Shown here: positions 13,652 to 26,243 of the stretch, in pieces | How positions within the stretch are numbered: the stretch's first letter is position 1 | Layout: every line of letters starts with the position of its first letter | NCBI RefSeq assembly: GCF_006345805.1 | Contig: NC_043006.1 | Span: forward strand, 4,712,001-4,776,000 | Length of the DNA: 64,000 nt | Reading direction: 5' to 3' | Source of the DNA: Octopus sinensis | Taxonomy: Eukaryota | Position numbers and translations under genes: made by a program | Notes under the pieces: model-generated | The model's input: the letters and a program-made list of their open reading frames with translations, nothing else | Databases searched by the model: none | What the model was told of the DNA's origin: nothing

Positions 13652-14048
13652 TATCTGATCGCATTTTAAAAAGTATTTTTTTCATTTCAATGACCTTCAG
13701 ATAATTCTTGTAATTCTTTAAAACTAATAATTCAAACCTATTACACACGATATATTTCACTTCAATGCTGGAAGCGTTTAAACAGTTTGAGCAAAAAGGA
13801 AAATGGTGGGAAATATCTAAATATCGGAAAATTTATCCTAAAGATGTAATTATATGACTTTCAATTATAACTTTCTAAGCATACATCTCGGTAATAATAT
13901 ACATACCTATCTATTATTTTTCTCTTTCATTATTTTCCCATTCATTTCCACCTCTTCCCTTTCTTCTCTCTTTTTTACTTCCCTTTCTATTTCTCTCACC
14001 CCTTTTTCTTTCTTTTCATGCTTTCTCTCTTGAGGGGATACACACACA

Positions 14049-14104
<56 letters not shown>

Positions 14105-14346
14105 CACTCACATGTACAAGGTAGAAAGAAAGCTTTCATAAGATTATATTTATTTGTTCGAAACTAGAAATGTATTCTTTATTCAAAGCTTCCCGCTGCT
14201 TGGAATATTTGTCCAGGAGTTCCTTATTTTATGGATTCCACATTCAAGAAACAAAGTCAAAAGAGATCTCTATATTTCATGAAGCGGTGAAGTTGTAACA
14301 GCAAAAAAGGCGAAGTGAAGAATATGCACATGGGGTGTATGTGCGT

Positions 14347-14475
<129 letters not shown>

Positions 14476-14651
14476 ACTAAAACTGGAACGACACAGAAAA
14501 GGTAGAATGTCACCTGCGCAAGAGTAGCTCGCAAATTTGTGAGGCGTTCCGTATTTCTCCACTAACGATACCCCAGCATGGCCACAGACATCAGGCTGAA
14601 ACACGTAACAAGTAAAAGAGCATATATATATATAAATATATATATATATAT

Positions 14652-15371
14652 GGTCATACGATATAGTGTATATTTAAACACATAAGGAATCCACTTATAG
14701 GAATTCAACACGCTAGAAAGAACAGCTAGGTTCTATAACCACAAAAATTAGGGACAAAATTCGACAGGAACGAATCGAAAAATGAAAAACATTTTACCAT
14801 CTAGTTTCCTGGACCAATTAGTTTCTGATTTTAGTTTAGCGAGTCAAGGAACTCGCTAGGTGCAATCTTCTTCAGTAGGACCACATAGGGCTAAACGTAT
14901 ACACACGGGACGATCAAAACTACTTGCCCTGTGTTTATACGTCCTAACTTTTTCAAAATCTACTGCGCAGCCGCAGTCCTTCGCCGGCAATAAAAACCGC
15001 CAACTTTTAAAACCGAAAATTATCCAAAAAACTTACAATATTTAATCATATCCCAGGAAAATGGAAATTAATTAAAATTTACATTTTCAGTGGTCTAACG
15101 TGTAAAAGATTTAGTAAAAAAAACCCAACTGGTCCAGGAAACTAGATGGTAAAATGTTTTTCATTTTTCAATTCGTTCCTGTCGAATTTTATCCCTAATT
15201 TTTGTGGTTATAGAACCTAGCTGTTCTTTCTACCCTGTTGAATTCCTATAAGTGGATTTCTTATGTGTTTAAATATACACTATATCGTATGATTAATATA
15301 TAGTCTTCTTGACTAATATATAGTCTTTTTGACTAAATTTTTTACACGTTAGACCACTGGAAATGTAAATT

Positions 15372-15372
<1 letters not shown>
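14652..15372. mobile_element. (TA)n-flanked hammerhead-bearing inverted-repeat element (Penelope-like/retrozyme-like)
   Basis: Inverted repeats 14654-14819 / 15127-15292 and 15077-15121 / 15326-15372; hammerhead at 14807-14880; TA runs on both sides. Confidence 0.7.
14807..14880 (-). ncRNA. Type I hammerhead ribozyme
   Basis: Minus strand: tccta CTGAAGA a-gatt..tagcgagt/actcgcta..aatc-a GAAA c-taattg-GTC cagga. Helix I has an A.C mismatch next to the core. Confidence 0.7.
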
Positions 15373-15415
<43 letters not shown>

Positions 15416-15774
15416 ATATATATATAATATATATATATATGCATATATATATTCCTATAAAATGTGTGTGTACATTATATTATATGTACATACACATATT
15501 AATTTTATCTATCTACATACACGCATAGACATACATACATACATACACACATTCATACATACACACACGAGTGATTAGAAAAGCAAAAGAAAGCTTAACA
15601 CATTTGACAGGAGTTGGATACATTTTTAAGCAATAAATTTCCTTAAATCCTTAAAAATGTTTTAGCCCGAAGGCCGCGACCATGCTGGGACACCACCGCT
15701 CAGATACTTATGACTTGAAATTCGTGGACGCGTAGAGTGAAGTTATCTCATCAGAAATCGAATACACACACACA

Positions 15775-15856
<82 letters not shown>

Positions 15857-15871
15857 CATATATATATATAT

Positions 15872-16705
15872 TGTTAGAAAATTATAAATTATAAGTTAAA
15901 TAGGTAAACAATTTTTCATTTTGCACTCTAAGGTCAGGATGAAGTCCATTGTCAAAATGAGGGAAGCTAGGTGTTATTAGCCAAACTGTGAAACTATAAC
16001 AAATTGACTAGACCTTGGCAAACCTTTATAAGCAGAGATAATTGTAACCCCCTGTTTTTTGTGAGTTTTTCTGTGGGACAAAGTTGTTCAATTGGATTCT
16101 AGAAGCTCTGATTTCCTGTTTAGTTTATGCCCTTTGTGCTTTGTGTTAGGCATTTATGGATTTATTTTATGCTCCAGGAATTCGCCAGAATCTTTGTCAG
16201 ATTTAAAATAATTTCTGTGTCACATCTGGGTCCAATATTCGAATCCAAGGTTGAACACCGAATTTGTGAAGACAGATTTTATGACATTCCAAGGTTAGAA
16301 ACCCAAGGTTCGAAATGTAAGGTTCGAAATCCAAGTTTCAGAAACCGAATTTGTACCAAAATGGAAATCCAGATTTTATGAAATCCAAATTTTTGGAATA
16401 CATATTTTTGAAAAACCAAATTTGTGAGGCCAGGTTTTGTGTGAGGCCAATTTTGGTGAAACCAAAAACTGGAATTCGGTGTCCGAATTTCTGAACTGTA
16501 TATATATGTTACCTTTGTAAATATTTTGACATCTGGTATAGCATTTGCTTTTTGCTCGTGTATATATTTTTGTATGTAAGCTGTTTTTTATGCTGACTAT
16601 TGTTAATAATATTTTACAAAAAAATTTCATGGTGTGTTGTTGTTTTGGTTCGACCCTATCCTCGTTGATTCTGTAAATTCGGGTTATGGCCACCAGGTCG
16701 TAACA
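15872..16705. mobile_element. Possible solo LTR inserted in (TA)n
   Basis: Begins TGTTA, ends TAACA, with ATAT flanks on both sides; non-coding, with short internal gaaatcca repeats. No second copy to confirm. Confidence 0.4.
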
Positions 16706-16786
16706 ATATATATATAAACACTGAATATTAAAAGATAGCAACTTTTTCACAGAACAACACAGAAGGGCTGGATATATTGAATAGTG

Positions 16787-17040
16787 ATATCAAAATTCAA
16801 TAAAAGATGACAGATTCCGGTATTAAGTTATTCCTCGTCAAAACCAAAATATATTCAAGCCGGCACCATAACTATATCATCCAACCTTGATTTCGAATAA
16901 TTGGATTGTATGAAGAAATATATATTGTATAATAAATATATATGTATATATATAGTTATACTGCCGACTTGAATATGTGTTGGTCTTTACGAGGAATAGC
17001 TTGATATAGGAATATGTCTTCCTATATTGAATTTTGATAT
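16787..17040. repeat. Diverged inverted repeat with a decayed hammerhead-like motif in each arm
   Basis: 16787-16877 pairs with 16950-17040. Left arm on the minus strand reads tTGACGA gg..cc GgAA tct GTC. TA runs nearby on both sides. Confidence 0.6.
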
Positions 17041-17101
17041 ATATATATATGTTTGTGTGTGTGTGTGCGTGTGTATTCATACATACATACATACATATAT
17101 T

Positions 17102-17135
<34 letters not shown>

Positions 17136-18745
17136 AATTATAATATATATATATAATATTATATATTGTGAGTTGTGTTTGTGTTTGTTCGCGCGCTTTT
17201 GTGTATATTGTTACCTTATCAAGTAGCTTCGTGTCAAAATCATTTATATATATCTGAAAGATACAGCATTGTATGCATTACATATGACTGAGTGATATTC
17301 CACAACCCTTTCACTAAGATCTTGAATATCCTGCAATGATAGCCATTAATAGTTATTTACTACTTGAGAAATCGCACATATAATCAATTAATTTATTTCA
17401 CTGATGACTGCAAGATGTACGAAACGTCAATACCTCGCGGGATTTTAGCTAGTTCAATATGAACTTAGCAAAACTGTATTACTGACATTTTTCTTTTGCA
17501 GCTTTTTGATGTTATGGTTGTGTGTTCGATGTATCTGTCTTGTCAAACGAGAGAAAACTTCTGTTTGACAGCTAAGAAGAAATTATAGCTACTTCCGCCA
17601 GGTATGTTGGGAAAAGAGGAAAACTATTTTTTATGATTATTAAGCAAAGGGGTGATAAGCCAGAATTCATGCTTACGAGTTATGTCCCCTGATATGAAAT
17701 CTCCACGTTCAGTCTCGTTGCAGACTGCAGATATACATGGTTTGAAACGTAAGTGACGGACGAAAGTTGTAACTTACTGTGCGTTTCCATCTGCTTAGGT
17801 CTGCACATATCGCAACTCTTCCGTCGCCATAGGACTTTCAGTAGATGGAACGACAAATCAAGTCGCCATAAAGAGACATCTGTACGTCATTGGATTATAG
17901 TGATAAACGTTTGTACAACAGGAATATTACTTTCCGCCATTAGTACCACGTGACAGACCGAAGTGAGATGACCAATAATCATGTGAGACTGCATATTTTG
18001 CATCAGTATCCTTCTCCTAGAAAGATGCTGAGACAATAACCAAAGATATGTCAGCGTTCACGTGGTCTGATTGATTGCTAGTAACACCATAGCTGGGATC
18101 CCTACAGGTGCTACTATAATCCGAGTCAGAGTAGACCTGAGAAATTTGTAGTTAAGAAGTGGTTCCATACTCTTCAAAACTCAGGGAGTCCCAAACCAGA
18201 GCCCCACTATCTGATTGAGTTTAAAGTCATACCCAATACTTGTATTCATACACATATACACGCGTGTACACACACACACACACACACGCATACACATAGA
18301 TATAGATATAGATAGATAGACAGATACATAAATAGATATATGTATATATATATATGTTCATGAATGTGTATGAATGTATATGTTATGCATGTATATGTAT
18401 GTATATATATGTATGTAAGTATATATTCATGTAATGAGTTTTATTTGTATTCTTCTTCGCAGAGTTCAAGCTGATCGCTAACAACGCAACAAGACTTTTT
18501 GAGTTAAGAGAGTTTTCGGTGTCTGCAACTATGTGATCGAGGTGGTGTGTCGGTTGAACTACCGATGCATACACCCAAGTCTGTGCATCTATTCACATAA
18601 GAATCATAAACGGAGAATTTTTGGAATGTCTTACAAATCTTCATTGTGCCGCTTATAGATTGAATTTGGAGAATCCGCGCCACTTTCCTTTGCTTTTATC
18701 CGTGAAACGGATTATTTCTAGTTTTTGCGCAAATGTTTTGCGTGT

Positions 18746-19199
18746 ATGGCGGCGTGTATCTCCGAGGTGGAAATACACGCCGCCATCTTTCCAGTTATCC
18801 GGCCATCGGAAAAATGCTATCAAAAATGACTGTTATACAAAGGGAGATTACTGTGTGATTGACCGTTATTAAAACAAAAGAGCTATTCGAATGACCGCTA
18901 AGTAAGGGAGGAAAAAGTTCATAGTATTCGTGTTAGCATGCCTATTCATACCTACACTTGTGCCCCCGCACACCCACGTGCGTGCGCCTAGGTATGAACA
19001 GGCGCGCTTACGCGAATACTATGAACTTTTTCCGATGGCCGGATAGCTGAAGAGATGGTAGCGTGGATTTCCACCTCGGCATCCGAAACTCGGAGTTTTA
19101 TCATGGCTACCGAATAATTGTCACATATTACATTTACAGATGAATTCCTCAATTTACATAATATCGAGGTCTCTTCTTTTGTTATCTCATCGTTTTTAT

Positions 19200-19201
<2 letters not shown>
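18746..19201 (+). mobile_element. Hammerhead-bearing element with nested inverted repeats, ending at (TA)n
   Basis: Inverted repeats 18762-18813 / 19027-19079 and 18910-18953 / 18990-19033; perfect 14-bp stem at 18746-18786; hammerhead at 19036-19109. Confidence 0.65.
19036..19109 (+). ncRNA. Type I hammerhead ribozyme
   Basis: tggccggatag CTGAAGA gatg..catc-c GAAA ctc-g-gaGTT ttatc-a-tggcta. Helix I is 11 bp with one bulge and G.U pairs; helix III is near-palindromic; predicted cleavage after 19097. Confidence 0.8.
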
Positions 19202-19246
<45 letters not shown>

Positions 19247-19255
19247 ATGTATATA

Positions 19256-19720
19256 ACGTTATATAATTAGGGCTCAGTAAAATAATTTACTTTACCACAT
19301 ACTGAAACTTTTAGAAATAGCAGCCAAAATTTTTTTAGCCATTTTTTCTACTATAAGAAAAGTCTCCCATATAGTGTTTACTCAAAAATAATTCACGTAG
19401 ATATGGAGGGAAAAACAACAAAATATCACATGTACAAAGATCATTTGAGAACGTTACGTTTCTGGATTAGTTGAATTTAGACTCAACATTTCCTTCGTCA
19501 GCTCAACATTTCTTAATTTGGATTTGAAAGCACTAAAAATTGAACATACCCGTCTGATATGAGTAATCTCAGACAAACCATTGGCTGCTATTTCTAAAAG
19601 TTTCAGTATGTGGTAAAGTAAATTATTTTACTGAGCCCTAATTATATAACATAATATTTTGAATATACCTTGAATGGTCCTTTTACATACTGAACACTAC
19701 TTGGTGAAATTAATTAATAA
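19256..19720 (-). mobile_element. Hammerhead-bearing inverted-repeat element abutting (TA)n
   Basis: 70-bp near-perfect inverted repeat 19258-19327 / 19581-19650 enclosing the hammerhead at 19445-19506. Confidence 0.7.
19445..19506 (-). ncRNA. Type I hammerhead ribozyme
   Basis: Minus strand: ttgag CTGACGA a-gga..gttgag/ttcaac..tcc-a GAAA c-gtaac-GTT ctcaa. Helix I is a perfect 5 bp. Confidence 0.8.
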
Positions 19721-20002
19721 TTAATTGATTTTACCCTTTTATTATTGATATATATAATTTACAAATTAAAAAAAAACAAAAGACGAAGTCGGGCGTATAA
19801 ACAACAAACTCTTGTATTAGTTTAATATGTGTGTGTGTGTGTGTGTATGTGTGTGTGTATGTACGTATATATATATGTATGTGTGTGTGTGTATAGTTCA
19901 CATGTACACCAACACTAACGCACACACACAAACACACAATCATAAACACACGCACGCACACACACACGCACGTGCACGCACACACACGCACACGCGCACA
20001 CG

Positions 20003-20033
<31 letters not shown>

Positions 20034-20109
20034 GCACGCGCGCACACACACACACGCGAGCACACACACAGGCACACACAATCACACACAAGTAACTGAG
20101 TTTCAAACG

Positions 20110-20432
20110 TGTGTGTGGGTAAGATGTTTGCTTCCCAACCACATGGTTATGGGTTCAGTCCCACTGCGTGACACCTTTGTCATGTGTCTTCTACGAAAAC
20201 CATGGGCCGACTGTAATCTTGCGAGTGGATTTGGCAGACGGAAACAGAGAGAAACCCGTCACACACACACACACACACACACACACAACTTAGTGGTTCG
20301 ACAAAAGAGGCCGATGGAATAAGAACCAAGCTGAAAAAAAGAGTTCATTCATTCATCTAAAAATTCCACAAGGCGATGCCCCAGCTTGGCCGCAGTCAAA
20401 TGACTGAAACAAGTAAAAGAGTAAAAGAGTAA
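20110..20432 (+). mobile_element. SINE family A, diverged
   Basis: B box ggttcagtccc and the gcagtcaaatgactgaaacaagtaaaaga tail. Confidence 0.8.
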
Positions 20433-20945
20433 GTTCTAGCTATTTTTCATGATGTGTAGTGGAGACATGGTTAAGCCATCTTAATCTGGGGGACAGGTAT
20501 AATAGTAGTATGTGTTGTGTGAAGTAAGGCGCGTAGAGACGCATATTTATATAAATGTGTCAGACTCACATTTATTTACACATATATTATAGCTGTTAGC
20601 GTGTACAGTGGTAATCCATCGGAATGATATACGGATAGTGCTTTGTGGGTGTGTATGCGCATGAAAACCAATATATTAGCGTAAATGAATAGCGATTATA
20701 TGAGTGCATATGTATGTAATTAGCAATGTAGAAGTGCTTGCCTAATAACGATACAAGATGTCACAAGCGCATATGCACACGCAAACATAGTAAAGCTCAC
20801 GGAAAACTATACATTTACACACATATAAACATACACACACAAACACACATACAGACACAGACACGCATACCCACATACGTGTACGTACATACATATATAC
20901 ATACGCATACATATGCTTACATATTACATATATATGTATAAATAT

Positions 20946-21009
20946 GGGGACGTAAACACACCAGCATCGGTTGTCAAGCGATACTAGAGGGACAAACACA
21001 GACACACAA

Positions 21010-21047
<38 letters not shown>

Positions 21048-21382
21048 ATATATACTTTGATACTTTGATAGGTTTCGGCCATTATTGGCTCAGGCCATGT
21101 CTAACTTAATAGCACCACCTGGCTTCTTTCTACAACAGGCTTCTTTCAGTTTCCGTCTACCAAATCCACTCACGAGGCATTGGTCGGCCCGGGGCTATAG
21201 CAGAAGACACTTGCCCAAGGTGCCACGCAGTGGGACTCGGTTCGGCAAAAGAGACCGATAGAATAAGTACTGGGCTTACAAAGAATACGTCCCGGGGTCA
21301 ATTTGCTCGACTAAAGGCGGTGCTCCAGCATGGCCACAGTCAAATGACTGAAACAAGTAAAAGAGTAAAAGAGTAAAAGAGT
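20946..21382. mobile_element. SINE family A copy with inverted 5' portion and a nested LINE-tail insertion
   Basis: 20946-21237 is antisense SINE body; 21238-21382 is the sense 3' tail; a CR1-like tail fragment lies at 21053-21122 on the minus strand. Confidence 0.85.
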
Positions 21383-21405
21383 ATATATGCATAAATACAC
21401 ACTCA

Positions 21406-21443
<38 letters not shown>

Positions 21444-21448
21444 TATAT

Positions 21449-21569
21449 TGGCCTGCTCGCTTAGTCAGCGGGGTGGCGTCATTTGAAGGCTAAAACAATG
21501 CGAAGCACATTGTGACCAGCGATGCGTAGCAACATCTGATGGCCTGGTCGGTCACGGTGATCACGGTGA
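21449..21569 (+). mobile_element. ~112-bp (TA)n-associated element, copy 2, with duplicated tcacggtga end
   Basis: Homologue of 1322-1433. Confidence 0.75.
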
Positions 21570-21630
<61 letters not shown>

Positions 21631-21637
21631 TTATCGT

Positions 21638-22005
21638 GACACTCCGTCGGTTACGACGACGAAGGTTCCAATTGATCCGATCCACGGAACAGCGTGTTCG
21701 TGAAATTAACGTGCAAGTGGCTGAGCACTCCACAGAGACACGTGTATCCTTAACGTAGTTCTCGGGGATATTCAGCGTGACACAAAGAGTGACAAGGCCG
21801 GCCCTTTGAAATACAGGTACAACAGAAACAGGAAGAAAGAGAAAGTTGTGGTGAAAGAGTACAACAGGGTTCGCCACCACCACCCCTACCGGAACCGCGT
21901 GCAGCTTTTAGGTGTTTTCGCTCACAACGCCCATGCTGGGAATCGAAACCGCGATCCTACGACCGCGCGTCCGCTGCCCTGACCACTGGGCCATTGCGCT
22001 TCCAC
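21638..22005 (-). mobile_element. tRNA-Arg-derived SINE family C, tail type 1
   Basis: Head gtggaagcgcaatggcccagtggtcagggcagcggac..gtttcgattccc with A and B boxes, shared with 30318-30623 and 58201-58593 (TCG anticodon intact in those two). Confidence 0.85.
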
Positions 22006-22428
22006 ATGCACACTTGTGTATGTACACAAACGTGTGTATACACGAATATTTATTTGCACTTTATATGCACTTTCTGACAAGTTGTGGTGCACCTGAGCAC
22101 TGTATACAATAATTTCAATATTATTATTATTTATTATTATTTTTATTTACGTACCCATAATTATTCATGAATGCATATTCTTCGAGTTCCAATAATAATT
22201 TCCAATCAGCAAAGAGCGATATATGCAATGTTGATACAAATATATATCGATATCACCTACAGTAGCAGACGTTTATATCATGGCACTAAAACTTGTACGC
22301 GCCTGTTATGAACACATACATTGGGTCCAGAATGAGTATTTTATTTATATATTTGTTTGTCAGCGATAGTAGATATTTATATCATCTGTCAATCTACCAA
22401 AATATCAACCTACCTACGTATATACCTC

Positions 22429-22535
<107 letters not shown>

Positions 22536-22657
22536 GTCTGTCTGTCTGTCTGTCTGTCTATCCGTCTACTTGTGTGTACATATATAAATATACATATGCA
22601 TATACATATACACATACATTTACCTATCAATCATATATAGACATACATAATATACCA

Positions 22658-22703
<46 letters not shown>

Positions 22704-23463
22704 ATATATATATATATATATTATATATGCATATATGTATACATATATATATATACATATATTTGTATATAGCTACACATATATCTACATCAATACATAT
22801 ACACGCATTGATGTATATGTATATACATGCACATATGTATATACATATATATGTATCTATATATACATACCTGTCTACTTGTGTGTGTGTGTGTAAATAT
22901 ATAAATATACATATGCATATACATACACAGATACTCAGACATATACATTTACCTATACATACTTATATACACATATATACATACTAGTATATATATATAT
23001 ATATATATAAATATGCATATATCTACTATATCTACACAAACACACACACACACATATATATATATACCAATATATATATATATATATATATGAATGTATG
23101 CATATCCATAAAAGATAAAGATAAAAGATATAAATATATATATATATGTGTGTACACATACACGTACACACACACATACACACACTCCCACACACACTCG
23201 CAAACACACACACGAACACTCGCCCCCCCCCACACACACCACAATGTTATATACATGTCCTGTATGTTGGTGTATATGATTGTAGTTCTTAGAAACGGAT
23301 GGAATTACAATTGAAGTTCGGTGCACAATACGTCAAGTAGTGATGAGTCTAATAAATTATTTCGTGATATGAGACTGCGGCAGCACTTGTAATGTTGCAT
23401 TCCACTCTAACAGCCATCATCAAACGTGTGTGTGTGTAATATCTATCTGTCTGTCTGTCTGGC

Positions 23464-23518
<55 letters not shown>

Positions 23519-23547
23519 GTGTTTGTCTGTCTGTCTATCTGTGTGTT

Positions 23548-23625
<78 letters not shown>

Positions 23626-23662
23626 CCTATCTATGTATCTATCTATCTGTCCATCTATCTGC

Positions 23663-23745
<83 letters not shown>

Positions 23746-23782
23746 CCTATCTATGTATCTATCTATCTGTCCATCTATCTGC

Positions 23783-23850
<68 letters not shown>

Positions 23851-23969
23851 GTCATATGTATAAATGTGTGTAGAGAAGCATGTGTGTATGTCAGTACACA
23901 CACACACACACACACATGTCTGTTTGTGCTTGTATTCATGTATATGAGTTTGTGTGTTTGTGTATATAT

Positions 23970-24335
23970 TCTTTTATATGTTTCAGTCACTTGACTGCAG
24001 CCATGCTGGAGCACCGCCTTTAAACGAACAAATCGACCCCAGGACTTAGACTTTCTAAGCCTAGTACTTATACTCTCGATCTCTTTTGCCGAACCGCTAT
24101 GTTACAGGGACGTAAACACATCGATATCGGTTGTCAAGCGATGGTGCGGGGACAAACACAAACACACACACACACACACAGACACACACACACAGACGCA
24201 CATATACGACGGGCTTCTTTCATTTTCCATCTACCAAATCCGCTCACAAGACACTTGCCGAAGGTGCCACGCAGTGGGACTGAACCCGGAACTATGTGGA
24301 TGGTAAGCAAGCAACTTATCACACATCCACATCTG
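23970..24335 (-). mobile_element. SINE family A, diverged with internal deletion
   Basis: Homology to the other family A copies. Confidence 0.85.
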
Positions 24336-24401
24336 TACCTATATATATATATATTTATACAAATTGAGATAGGGGTTGTAAATGCAGCCCTCCATGGGAT
24401 A

Positions 24402-24528
24402 TCATATATCCAGGCCTTAGGATATTTTTGTAAATGTCTCATTTATAAGTACATATTGACCTACCATAAATGGCTAATATAAGTAAAATGAGAAATACTG
24501 ATCTCCATGGCCGAAACAGCTGTAAGAT
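24402..24528 (+). ncRNA. Decayed hammerhead with long helix II (3' half intact)
   Basis: ggcc..ggcc GAAAC agct GTA agat with the palindrome acagctgt; 5' core degenerate. Homologous to 44307-44430; (TA)n begins at about 24759. Confidence 0.5.
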
Positions 24529-24756
24529 GTAGTCTATATTTATAATTATGTGTATTTATATTTATATTCTCTTATACATATTCTACTTATTGTATAACAT
24601 TACTCTTTTATGTACACTCCTTTATGTACACTGTTTTGCTCTACATTATTATGTTTAACCTTATAGTTTCTTATGTGGTGGTTTAATAAAGTATGTAATT
24701 GGGTATTATCTGGTAATTGATATTTGATTTCGTTGTATTTCTCCATTTTCTTATTT

Positions 24757-24826
<70 letters not shown>

Positions 24827-24829
24827 ATG

Positions 24830-24927
<98 letters not shown>

Positions 24928-24981
24928 CGGCGGTGCATCAGCATGGCCGCAGCTCTGAGCTGAAACTAGAAAAAAAAAATG

Positions 24982-25552
24982 TAGTTAAACTGATTCACAA
25001 AACTGCATCTTTTAAAAGGAAGTTAAGAATCTGAAAATCGGCTAAATTAATGGAGTTTTCCACTCTTATTGCTATGAAGGCATGATGTGGAGAAAAAATT
25101 GGAGGGAAAAGTCACAGAGATTCAAAATCGAAAGACTGCGTATTTGTAGCCGATAGGATTTAAACTGCACGGTATTCGTTGTCACGAATGTAAACACGAA
25201 ATATATGTAAAACATTAAGACATTTGACGAAAAATAATAAAATTCTAATTGATAAATATAAATTTTTATTAAAACAAAATACGCGGGTGAAGTAAATCTC
25301 GTGGTGTGAAGAATCAACACAACACAACGTGCGGTTGTCATGGTAACAAGCTGTTCATGCCTCACTGTCTGTTGACTGGCTAAAATTAACCAAATTTTCC
25401 CAACTTTAATTCCAAATAACATCAGATTCTTTAATTTACGTGATTAAGTAATTGGTTGATCGTAACCAAAACTCAGAGCTGGATCGATATACCAGAATTG
25501 AAAGCAATCTGAACAAATTAAAGGGGGCTGATTTTGTGAATCAGTTCAACTA
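24982..25552. mobile_element. MITE with 21-bp TIRs
   Basis: tagttaaactgattcacaaaa (24982-25002) vs ttttgtgaatcagttcaacta (25532-25552), 20/21 inverted match. Confidence 0.75.
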
Positions 25553-25555
25553 AAT

Positions 25556-25627
<72 letters not shown>

Positions 25628-25773
25628 TCATAAATAAATATAGGGATGGTATTATTAAAATACCATCACAAATGGTAAGCGAATTATCAGCCGTACAGGC
25701 AAATTAATAAAATATATACATACAATATTAGATATATACTTCAAATGGGTCAGAACAAGTAAATGCTGGTCAA

Positions 25774-25832
25774 CTTGGTACCTGTTTCGAAATTTAGTGC
25801 CAAATAGGTGCCTGGTTTCTCATCAGCCAAAG
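25774..25832 (-). ncRNA. Type I hammerhead ribozyme
   Basis: Minus strand: tttgg CTGATGA gaaa-ccaggcacctatttggcactaaa-tttc GAAA c-ag-GTA ccaag. Confidence 0.8.
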
Positions 25833-25952
25833 TCTGCCTGCTAAATTTTAATAATACCATCTCTATATTTATTTATGAATAATTTTACACATTTCGGTCA
25901 CTTCAAACGAACTTTTGATGGGGAGAATGTTAGTAGTAATTTAGTTGGCGGA

Positions 25953-26012
25953 CTTTGGCTGATGAGAAATCAGGCACCTATTTGGCGCTAAATTTCGAAA
26001 CCGGTACCAAGT
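25953..26012 (+). ncRNA. Type I hammerhead ribozyme with canonical core
   Basis: tttgg CTGATGA gaaat..atttc GAAA c-cg-GTA ccaag. CUGAUGA at 25959-25965, GAAA at 25997-26000, palindromic helix III accggt, predicted cleavage after 26006. Confidence 0.88.
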
Positions 26013-26200
26013 TGACCAGCATTTACTTGTTCTGACCCATTTGAGGTAAGACATTATTATTGTTCACTGATATTTTTCCTATCTTGTCTGCAATAGATTT
26101 GTGACTATTCGGTGGTACAGAAATATTTTTTGCCTTCTATCATTAGCGATATAGGTACTCATGTAGTACCCTCGTGTATATATGTACATATCTAATATTT

Positions 26201-26240
<40 letters not shown>

Positions 26241-26243
<3 letters not shown>

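Larger units (their letters stand above)
25628..26210. mobile_element. (TA)n-flanked element with two divergently oriented hammerheads and three inverted-repeat pairs
   Basis: Inverted repeats 25741-25850 / 25938-26044, 25628-25662 / 25845-25879 and, more weakly, 25702-25739 / 26176-26210; TA runs at both ends. Confidence 0.75.

Noticed and set aside
17395-17431. CTGATGA-ctgcaagatgtac-GAAACGTC hammerhead-like string
   Set aside because: C.C mismatch at the base of helix II, no convincing helix I and no downstream (TA)n. It could be a decayed copy but is not supportable.
18450-18740. Possible Penelope ORF N-terminus next to the hammerhead element
   Set aside because: Only a weak IPKILRL resemblance amid stops; no RT or GIY-YIG motif seen.
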